From positions 1 through 39,738 of IMG/VR virus record IMGVR_UViG_3300020428_000029: a stretch of DNA of 39,738 nucleotides, one strand, 5' to 3'. Position 1 is the first letter of the stretch. Every line of letters begins with the position of its first letter. A program made the position numbers and the translations under genes. Below the pieces are notes generated by a model. The model made no database searches and was not told where the DNA came from. It saw nothing but the letters and a program-made list of their open reading frames with translations. Origin of the DNA: a virus. Taxonomy: Duplodnaviria > Caudoviricetes. This document shows, piece after piece, positions 32,484 to 39,738 of this stretch.

Positions 32484-32741
32484 TTAAGCCTTAAATGTTC
32501 CGACGTTGTCAGCCGTTACATCTTCTTTGAACCCATCAACAATTTCAATTGCAGGTTCGATATCAGTACAGCTTTTTGCACTAGGATCATAACTATGCTT
32601 TCTGTGTTGCTTGTCTTCAGGAATTTCTGTTGATACAAATCCCCAGTGCAAATGATCAGGCAAAGTCGCTTTTGATCTTGCTTCGTTATCACACCATTCA
32701 ACGACTATTTTATCGTTGTCGTAGCAAACCCACTGAGCCAT
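32484..32741 (-). CDS. small partner of Gly-rich fibre 2 (assembly chaperone-like)
   Basis: Directly downstream of fibre gene with AGGAG RBS; YDP motif parallels partner 1. Confidence 0.6.
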   Translation of the reverse strand: MAQWVCYDNDKIVVEWCDNEARSKATLPDHLHWGFVSTEIPEDKQHRKHSYDPSAKSCTDIEPAIEIVDGFKEDVTADNVGTFKA

Positions 32742-32757
32742 AATTAATTAGTTCTCC

Positions 32758-34431
32758 TTACCATTCAATAAGTACATAGCCAGGACCTCCGTCACCGCCA
32801 CTTCCATTGTAGGAACTGCCAGAGTAGTGACCTGATGCCCCGCCCCCTCCTGCTCCTATGCCGCCAGGTCCAGAACATCCGTAGTTAGTACAAGAACCTC
32901 CTCCTCCTAATGCGCCCCCAGCGCCTCCTGCGCCACCGTTTCGAATAGCAGCCTCAGTTGTATAAAAAGTATTTGTCCATCCAAATGCCATGTCTGATGG
33001 ATTCCATTTATGAACATCATCTTTAGTGGTCCAGCTACCATTTCCATTACTTGTAACGCAGGCTGCTCCAGCACCACCTGCTCCAGCACCCCCTTGGCCA
33101 GCGGGATATGATTGGTCATTGCTTCCATTAGGACCACTGGATTTGCAACCTGTTCCAGCACCGCCGCCACCTTGGCACCTACCTAGTATCCCATTAAACA
33201 TTTTTGCTGGATAAACCGACACTCCAGATATTGTTGCACCACTTCCTGCTTCGAAACCTGTTCCAGCACCGCCGCCACCGCTACCAATACCAAGTTGTGC
33301 TTCATATTGGTTATAAGTTACTCCAGACGGTGAAGGATTACCAGCACCACCACCACCAGAAGTTGCTGTTACTTCGCCATCGCCGTAGCGTGCGCCATTC
33401 ATCCTCTTGAAATTGCTTTCCCAATTGGCGTATTGATCACCAAATTGCTTTCCATATGAAGTGTCATCTGTGTTGACACAGTCATATGTATAGCCATTTA
33501 TAGACGCAGAGCCAGAAGTACCTTCTCCACCCTTTCCATACGGTTGACTTGAAGTAAAAGCTGGATTGCTGTCATTATCTTGTCCTGTATATCCAGCCCC
33601 AGCCGAGCCACCACCACCGCCAGACCATGCATGATAGGTACTTGCAGTTTGAGATCCAAAGGCTCTAATACCTTCTCCTCCTATACCGCCTCCACTGGCT
33701 CCAGTGAACGAATAGCCGTATCCAGGAGATCCGTGTCCACCTCTAAATCCATTACCTTTAAAACTTCCTGCACTGCCGCCACCACCACCGCCGTAGCCCT
33801 CAGGACCCCAACCGATTGCGTTGCTATTTGCATTTCCTCCGCTTCCACCATTATTGGTAATGCTACCACCCGACAATGCTGACCCTGAAACAGTTCCAGC
33901 ACCACTATTAGAGGCACCACCACTATTTGGAGGACCACCAGGTCCACCTGGAGCTTGAACATACAAAGTACTTGAGCCGCCGTCACCGCTGCTCATCTCT
34001 ACTATTGTTTGCTGTCCACCAGCACCAGTACCTGATCCTTGCGACCTGTGTATGCCATACCCACTTTTTCCGACCTGAACATCTAATACTTGACCTGCTG
34101 TAACGTTATATTCTCCACTAGAAAATGCACCGCCAGCTCCACCACCTGAACCATGATATGTGCCGTTATATCGACCACCACCACCACCTGCTCCAATGGC
34201 AGTAATTCTAATTTTTGATACTCCGCTTGGAACTGTCCAAGTAGTATTTTGAACCATACGGTTCACTGCTACTCCGTTAATTGTTCTCTGTGACTGTGTT
34301 ATCTCAGTATGATATGATGCTGGACCAGAGTGCTCTCCGTAGAAGTCCTGCCATCTCTTAAATTCACGACCGTCGGAGACACCTCCTACTCCACCGCCAC
34401 TGTCAATTAACGCCGACAAAAGGATAGACAT
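32758..34431 (-). CDS. glycine-rich tail fibre / receptor-binding protein 2
   Basis: WTVPSGVSKIRITAIGAGGGGG ... GGDGGPGYVLIEW Gly-rich domain signature. Confidence 0.8.
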   Translation of the reverse strand: MSILLSALIDSGGGVGGVSDGREFKRWQDFYGEHSGPASYHTEITQSQRTINGVAVNRMVQNTTWTVPSGVSKIRITAIGAGGGGGRYNGTYHGSGGGAGGAFSSGEYNVTAGQVLDVQVGKSGYGIHRSQGSGTGAGGQQTIVEMSSGDGGSSTLYVQAPGGPGGPPNSGGASNSGAGTVSGSALSGGSITNNGGSGGNANSNAIGWGPEGYGGGGGGSAGSFKGNGFRGGHGSPGYGYSFTGASGGGIGGEGIRAFGSQTASTYHAWSGGGGGSAGAGYTGQDNDSNPAFTSSQPYGKGGEGTSGSASINGYTYDCVNTDDTSYGKQFGDQYANWESNFKRMNGARYGDGEVTATSGGGGAGNPSPSGVTYNQYEAQLGIGSGGGGAGTGFEAGSGATISGVSVYPAKMFNGILGRCQGGGGAGTGCKSSGPNGSNDQSYPAGQGGAGAGGAGAACVTSNGNGSWTTKDDVHKWNPSDMAFGWTNTFYTTEAAIRNGGAGGAGGALGGGGSCTNYGCSGPGGIGAGGGGASGHYSGSSYNGSGGDGGPGYVLIEW

Positions 34432-34490
34432 ATCAATCGATAGCTTGTATCTTTACCTTATTTTATTTTAATGAAAAATTATTTATAGAA

Positions 34491-34766
34491 TTATGAATCG
34501 ATCGCTACCCTATAGCCTTCACCTTGAATCTTGACGTCTTCGCCCAATGGTAGGTCTTCTCCTACTACCTTACCGTCGACTATTTCAGGAATCGCTACTT
34601 TTGTGAACTTCTTAGATGCGGAATCGTAAAGATCCCCCCTCTTAATCGTTTTCGTACACTTGACATATGTAGTTCCAACAACCTGATTAACAGTTGGGTC
34701 GGTAGCAGTAGTTGTATCGACGATATGGAATACTTTATCGTCACGAATTTCAGCGTATAAAGTCAT
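34491..34766 (-). CDS. small partner of Gly-rich fibre 1 (assembly chaperone-like)
   Basis: YAEIRDDKV...GDLYD....FT pattern typical of genes following Gly-rich fibres. Confidence 0.65.
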   Translation of the reverse strand: MTLYAEIRDDKVFHIVDTTTATDPTVNQVVGTTYVKCTKTIKRGDLYDSASKKFTKVAIPEIVDGKVVGEDLPLGEDVKIQGEGYRVAIDS

Positions 34767-34779
34767 GGATTAATCCTCC

Positions 34780-36486
34780 TTACCATTCAATGAGTACATA
34801 GCCAGGGCCGCCAGTGCCGCCGTGACCGCCATAACTAGTGTTGAAATGGCCATTACCCCCGCCGCCTCCTGCGCCTATACCGCCAGGGCCGCCTATTCCG
34901 TAGTTACCACAGCCGCCGCCGCCGCCGCATGCACCTCCAGCACCTCCCAATGGCTGCATTTTTCCGAAGTTCTGACCAACGCTACCTTCTCCGCGTCCAT
35001 TGTATGTAGCACCAAATACTGCTCCATCAATCGAGTAAGTAAACGCCATATTTGTTGTATCCCATTGCCATGAGCTGTACCAATCTCGATTGCTGTACTG
35101 CTGGTTTGTCGTGTATGACGCTGCGCCACCACCACCTGCTCCTGACCCGCCTTCTCCTCCAGGATAGGAATTATTACCAAATTGGTGATTCTCAGTACAT
35201 GCTCCTGCTGCTCCAGCGCCTAAGAGTCTTCCTAAAACTCCATTAAACATCTTTGTTCCATACGTCGCACCTCCAGCAGCAGTACTGCCACCGCCGCCAC
35301 CGCTGCTACCGCCTTGTAATCCACCTTCGTATGATCCTCCACCACCGCCACCTAGTCGGCTTGCATTTGTTTGTTCTGCGACACCGTCACCAAAGCGTGC
35401 GCCTTTCATTAATTTCCACCAATCCCAATTTCCATTGGTGTCCCAAGGCCACTGAGCATTAGGGTCCCATCCTTTGTGATATGTGCCTTTGTTGACGTTT
35501 GAACCATCTAATTTTGGCTCTTCATGATCTGTGTAACCAAGAGCACTAATTTGGTCTGTAAAGCCTTCTCCACCGTGTGACTGAGGGCTGCTGTCCGAGT
35601 CTGATCCATCAACTCCAGCACTTCGGGTACCGCCTCCGCCTCCACCGTGTGACCAAGCACCACTTGGTCCATTATTACTTCCTGCGTCACCCCCTCTGCC
35701 TCCTATGCCTCCTCCGCCACCTGAGCAGAACGAATATCCTCCACTATTACTAGCATTGCCTCCTCTGTTTCCATTGCCTTTATAGCTACCTGCCGATCCA
35801 CCACCACCTGCACCGTATCCCTCAGGACCGAATCCGAATGAACGACCACTACCTACTCCACTCTGTCCACCTGTATGGTTTATTTGGCCTGTACCAATTG
35901 CAGCACTACCAGATATATTCCCTCCAGGAGGACTAGGAGGGGAACTACCATTGTTTTCTCCGCCGTAAGCTCCAGGAGACAACATTGATAAAACACTATT
36001 GCCACCGTCTGGATTGCTCATGACGACACTTGTATTGGTCCCAGGACTACCAGTAGATGTACTATCAGACCCCTGACCTCCTCTACCTACTTGAATATCA
36101 AGAGTTTGACCTGCGCTGACATTAACTTCTGAACTGACGAATGCAGCTCCTTGGCCACCGCCACCACCGTGATAATGGGTGCCTCTTCTTGAGCCACCAC
36201 CACCACCACCGCCTAGCAGTGTGACTCTGATCTTAGAAACTCCAGTAGGTACAACCCAGTTAACGACAGCTCCTTGTGAAGATTTCCTTTGTTGAGGACC
36301 TGTACCAGTTCCTCCACTTTCATTTCCACAGTCTCTAGTGCTTCCAGGTATGTAACTGCCAGCTTGTTCAACCTCACCGTACCAATCTTGGAAGTTTTTA
36401 AATTCTCTATTATCTGTTGGCCCACTTTCACCACCACCACCAGACGACGTGTTTTTACCTATTAAGGTCTTTAAACTTTGAGCCAT
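34780..36486 (-). CDS. glycine-rich tail fibre / receptor-binding protein 1
   Basis: WVVPTGVSKIRVTLLGGGGGGG ... GGTGGPGYVLIEW; paralogue of 32758..34431. Confidence 0.8.
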   Translation of the reverse strand: MAQSLKTLIGKNTSSGGGGESGPTDNREFKNFQDWYGEVEQAGSYIPGSTRDCGNESGGTGTGPQQRKSSQGAVVNWVVPTGVSKIRVTLLGGGGGGGSRRGTHYHGGGGGQGAAFVSSEVNVSAGQTLDIQVGRGGQGSDSTSTGSPGTNTSVVMSNPDGGNSVLSMLSPGAYGGENNGSSPPSPPGGNISGSAAIGTGQINHTGGQSGVGSGRSFGFGPEGYGAGGGGSAGSYKGNGNRGGNASNSGGYSFCSGGGGGIGGRGGDAGSNNGPSGAWSHGGGGGGTRSAGVDGSDSDSSPQSHGGEGFTDQISALGYTDHEEPKLDGSNVNKGTYHKGWDPNAQWPWDTNGNWDWWKLMKGARFGDGVAEQTNASRLGGGGGGSYEGGLQGGSSGGGGGSTAAGGATYGTKMFNGVLGRLLGAGAAGACTENHQFGNNSYPGGEGGSGAGGGGAASYTTNQQYSNRDWYSSWQWDTTNMAFTYSIDGAVFGATYNGRGEGSVGQNFGKMQPLGGAGGACGGGGGCGNYGIGGPGGIGAGGGGGNGHFNTSYGGHGGTGGPGYVLIEW

Positions 36487-36815
36487 TAGAACAACCTCCA
36501 GCCTTGTGTAGCGTCTGTATATACCAATGTGAAACCAACGTTTTTAATATCTAATTCCAAATCATCTGCTGTTCCGCAAATATTGAGTCCATTGCGAGCA
36601 AGCGTAACTGCGTTAGTTCCTAAGTCGCCAGTCGCATCGGCAAAATCAATATAATCATCTTCATTAGCAGCGCTAGGAAGAGTGATTGTGAAAGCTCCTC
36701 CAGAACTGTCGAGGAGTAAAGCCTCGCCAGAAGAAGCTGTGTAGTTAGCAGATTTTTTAACCCAATCTTTTCTTGAGCTGCCTGCTACTCCGTCAAACGA
36801 TAATTTACGTCCCAT
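36486..36815 (-). CDS. tail fibre adaptor-like protein
   Basis: NYTA..G...LDSSGGAFTITLP...LVYTDATQGW repeat domain seen in phage tail fibres. Confidence 0.75.
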   Translation of the reverse strand: MGRKLSFDGVAGSSRKDWVKKSANYTASSGEALLLDSSGGAFTITLPSAANEDDYIDFADATGDLGTNAVTLARNGLNICGTADDLELDIKNVGFTLVYTDATQGWRLF

Positions 36816-36833
36816 GATGTATTAATAAGAGAA

Positions 36834-37169
36834 TTAGCTTTCAATTCCGTATGCATTGAAGGAGACGTATCCTGCGTTACTTCCTACAAAAACACGAGAT
36901 TGAGCTTCGACTGTTATACCAGTCCTCTCAATGGCTGAGTTAGCCGCAAGAGGGTAGTCATACTCTAAATAATAATCAACTGAAATTGTTCCTGTGGTTG
37001 AACCCACGGAGCCAGGAATAATAGCAATTTTGATTGCGTCTGAACTTGCACCTTGATTACACGCAGATAAAATAAATGTCGTGGTAGCCGATGCTGTAAA
37101 TAACGGCGTACTTGCGTAGTCAGGAGTTCCAGCAGTTGGTTTTAATTGTCCTTTAATACCTGAGGCCAT
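36834..37169 (-). CDS. small beta-sandwich virion/tail protein
   Basis: CNQ, YLEYD, IERTGI, VSFNAYGIE pattern. Confidence 0.7.
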   Translation of the reverse strand: MASGIKGQLKPTAGTPDYASTPLFTASATTTFILSACNQGASSDAIKIAIIPGSVGSTTGTISVDYYLEYDYPLAANSAIERTGITVEAQSRVFVGSNAGYVSFNAYGIES

Positions 37170-37237
37170 ACCAATTTATAAATTTAGCGAGCAGAAAATT
37201 TATGCCCTGTCTTATTAAGTATAGAGAAGATCAGATG

Positions 37238-37390
37238 CTAAGGTCCAAAACCGAAGTCGCCGTTTCTCTCAATACGTGCCTTAAGTTTCGCTTTTCCTTT
37301 TAGTATTTTTTTAGTTATTTTCTTGTTCCTTTCGTCGATATGATTCGCCAACTCCAGTTTTATTTTCTTGCTTTCTGACTTCTTAAACAT
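37238..37390 (-). CDS. 50-aa basic protein (not in ORF track)
   Basis: MFKKSESKKIK...NGDFGFGP; TAATG overlap with upstream gene. Confidence 0.5.
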   Translation of the reverse strand: MFKKSESKKIKLELANHIDERNKKITKKILKGKAKLKARIERNGDFGFGP

Positions 37391-39000
37391 TAGCCCATTG
37401 TTCCGTAGAAGAATGCTTTCGAAAGGAAGTTAGAACTAGTAGTGAATTGACCAGAGATCAATAGATACCAGTTTGCAACCTCTGTAGCATCTGTGATATT
37501 TGCACCGTTCGACGTATGATCGGCAATATTCATATAAAGATTTAGGTTAGGAGCGGAACCTGTTGTTACTAAATCGTTAACGAAATATTGAGTTGCATCA
37601 GCGTAACCACCACGGTAGAACTGTCCTGTAGACATTCTTGACCAGTGACTTCCAGTAGTGAAATCATCTAAGAAGTTAGACGTTGATGTATGAGCATCTA
37701 ACGCTCTATATGTCTGTCCAAGATGAGTAACTACATCATTGAGTTTATAACCAGTTGTGACACTCCATATTCCTGCAAACTCTAGTCCTGTACTAAATAC
37801 TTCCCAGTAAGTAGCGTTTGGTGGCTCATTGCCTGTTGAAGCAGCTTTACAACGATAGTGAACGCCATTGACATTTACAATGTCGTTAATTTTGTAATCT
37901 GTAGCTGCATTGTAAGCACTGAGATATTTGAAACCTTCTACAAATAGATCCCAATTTGTTGCATTAGGTGGTTCGCTACCAGTATGAGCAACTTTTGCTC
38001 GATAGGTTAAACCATTAATTTCAGCTAAATCATTTTCTTTGTAGGCAGTTGCATTACTCCAAGCACCTGTATCGTTATATCCAACAACATAAACATCCCA
38101 ATAGGTTGCGTTAGGAGGCTCGTTTCCAGTTGTTGCTGCTTTGCAGCGATATTGGATGCCATTTAACTTGGCAACATCATTTAATTTATAAGCTGTTGCA
38201 GCATCGTAATCTCCTCTATATTCATTACCTGAGGCAAAAGCTTCCCAATAAGTTGCGTTAGGAGGCTCATTACCAGTAGAAGCTTGCTTGCAACGATAAG
38301 TAACGCTGCTGTTTAAAACAAGATCATTAATTTTATATGCTGTGGCGTTGTCATAATCTCCTGTATAGACAAAACCAATACTGAATACATCCCAATAAGT
38401 GGCGTTTGGTGGTTCTTGGTTTGTATTGTCAGCCTTACATTTATAAATGATTCCACTAAGAGTAGCTAAATCGTTTACTTGATAGGCTGTTGCATTACTC
38501 CAATCCCCAGTGTCGTTATAACCTGCCGCAAATTCGTTCCAATAAGTTCCATTAGGAGGATCTTGATTGGTGTGTGCAAGGATGCAAATGTAGTTAACAC
38601 CATTCTGCATGGCGATATCATTCGCCTTATACGCAGTAGCAGAACTCCATGTTCCTGTATATGTAAAACCTGCAATGAAAACTTCCCAATACGTTGCATT
38701 AGGAGGTTCATGGCTTGTACTTGTCTGTATACACTTATATTGAATACCACTTACGTTGATAATATCGCCAGGCACATATGTTGTAGCTGAATCCCATGCT
38801 CCCCTTAATGTCAGTCCATTCGACATGAGGGACCAATAGGTCGCATTGTCTGGCAGATTACCTGATGTTGCTTGGGTATTTATGTAAACATACGAATTAC
38901 CACCGTAAAGTACAACATCATTTAGTTCATAACTCGAACCAGCAGAATATTGTCCTCTCCAGAGAAAGCGTAATTTACCCAGATCAATAATTGTGCTCAT
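37390..39000 (-). CDS. tail protein with ten ~49-aa CBM5/12-like repeats
   Basis: IDLGKLRF N-terminus; repeats G.W/Y..AT.Y..ND....G..Y.C......EPPNATYW. Confidence 0.85.
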   Translation of the reverse strand: MSTIIDLGKLRFLWRGQYSAGSSYELNDVVLYGGNSYVYINTQATSGNLPDNATYWSLMSNGLTLRGAWDSATTYVPGDIINVSGIQYKCIQTSTSHEPPNATYWEVFIAGFTYTGTWSSATAYKANDIAMQNGVNYICILAHTNQDPPNGTYWNEFAAGYNDTGDWSNATAYQVNDLATLSGIIYKCKADNTNQEPPNATYWDVFSIGFVYTGDYDNATAYKINDLVLNSSVTYRCKQASTGNEPPNATYWEAFASGNEYRGDYDAATAYKLNDVAKLNGIQYRCKAATTGNEPPNATYWDVYVVGYNDTGAWSNATAYKENDLAEINGLTYRAKVAHTGSEPPNATNWDLFVEGFKYLSAYNAATDYKINDIVNVNGVHYRCKAASTGNEPPNATYWEVFSTGLEFAGIWSVTTGYKLNDVVTHLGQTYRALDAHTSTSNFLDDFTTGSHWSRMSTGQFYRGGYADATQYFVNDLVTTGSAPNLNLYMNIADHTSNGANITDATEVANWYLLISGQFTTSSNFLSKAFFYGTMG

Positions 39001-39272
39001 ACTATTTCAACTTGTAGATGTCCTGGGAATGATGAAGCCCAACTAAAATTGAGCAATTTATTTGACCACACAACTTTGGTGTAGTCGTCTTCATTAATTA
39101 TATTGTCGTCAGGAAGCTTGATAAAATCGCCATCACCGTGACGTACTAAATCAAGTGCTCCTGTTGACTGTGTGAACTTAAAGCCATAGGCTCTTTTGCC
39201 TGTCGGTTCAGGAAACTCCTCAATGCCAGGAGTCTCAACCTCTTTAAGAAGTTGAATAGGATCAATACTCAT
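38997..39272 (-). CDS. hypothetical virion protein
   Basis: 91 aa, ATGA-coupled in tail operon. Confidence 0.7.
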   Translation of the reverse strand: MSIDPIQLLKEVETPGIEEFPEPTGKRAYGFKFTQSTGALDLVRHGDGDFIKLPDDNIINEDDYTKVVWSNKLLNFSWASSFPGHLQVEIV

Positions 39273-39649
39273 GTGTTAACGTCCTCGTAGTAAGACAACC
39301 AGCAACTAAACGTCTGCGGGTTAGCACCAGTTAAATGTGTAAACCCATTAGCCCAGACAGCATCAGAATTTGACGCATCAGCAGCTAATACAATTTTTTG
39401 ACCACTATCAATTAGTTGAACAGTTTCACCCGCTTTAACAAGCCTATCTTTTGCAAGATAATGCTTAGCAGTGGAACCACCTTGTAATAAATAAATATCA
39501 CAAGGAAGATCAAACTCAGTTGTATTAGATACAGATAAACCAACAACAACAGTACTTTTGTTATTGGGTGTCAGGTAAATATTGACTGCTCCACTGCTGG
39601 GGTAACCTGAGTTGCCAAAAGGAAAACTAGATTTTTTAAATAATGCCAT
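39269..39649 (-). CDS. small beta-sandwich virion/tail protein
   Basis: VVVGLSVSN...QKIVL...LSYYE pattern. Confidence 0.7.
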   Translation of the reverse strand: MALFKKSSFPFGNSGYPSSGAVNIYLTPNNKSTVVVGLSVSNTTEFDLPCDIYLLQGGSTAKHYLAKDRLVKAGETVQLIDSGQKIVLAADASNSDAVWANGFTHLTGANPQTFSCWLSYYEDVNT

Positions 39650-39738
39650 TAACCAAATGCAAGGATGTCACTAATAGACCCTGCTCCTCCTGAACCACCG
39701 CTACTAACGGTTGTCCAAGCATTAATTGAGCCAGCTAT
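39649..39738 (-). CDS. C-terminus of upstream tail protein (partial)
   Basis: ...AWTTVSSGGSGGAGSISDILAFG*, TAATG overlap. Confidence 0.6.
   Translation of the reverse strand: MAGSINAWTTVSSGGSGGAGSISDILAFG

Noticed and set aside
32754-34806. Diversity-generating retroelement TR/VR pair at fibre C-termini
   Set aside because: Both copies are coding, differences are mostly third-position and not adenine-specific, and no reverse transcriptase is in the window.
32907-36440. Many 60-100-aa alternative-frame ORFs inside the Gly-rich genes
   Set aside because: Expected by-product of GGN-rich low-complexity codons that lack stops in other frames; no RBS or motifs.

Overview
A 39.7-kb segment of a temperate, tailed dsDNA cyanophage, probably a siphovirus of marine Prochlorococcus/Synechococcus. 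The host assignment is inferred from hli, nblA-like, DUF3288, DUF4278 and tRNA-Met att features. Family calls come from motifs read by eye against remembered consensus patterns, with no database search. Left to right: (1) small early genes plus an antisense DUF4278 peptide gene with a glutamine-II-like riboswitch and an NtcA box; (2) a replication/recombination block (clamp-like protein, tandem-OB SSB, gp32-like SSB, a ~210-nt rod-shaped candidate ncRNA, PD-(D/E)XK exonuclease overlapped antisense by hli, HTH repressor, primase-VirE helicase, ori-like repeats); (3) a ~5.6-kb stretch with four recognisable enzyme folds that all appear to lack catalytic residues (HNH, ThyX, N6-adenine MTase, M15 peptidase), near a dCMP deaminase, a DUF5664 nucleotidohydrolase, a flavin halogenase and nblA; (4) a block of six exported/membrane proteins of unknown function; (5) xis-like gene, tyrosine integrase and an intact attP (3' half of initiator tRNA-Met with arm repeats on both sides); (6) a minus-strand late/tail region with two 2OG-Fe(II) oxygenases, two paralogous Gly-rich fibre plus small-partner modules and a ten-repeat CBM-like protein. 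Several probable small genes (<60 aa) are missing from the supplied ORF track. The best candidates for novelty are the pseudoenzyme cluster, the 6S-like structured RNA and the exported-protein block.
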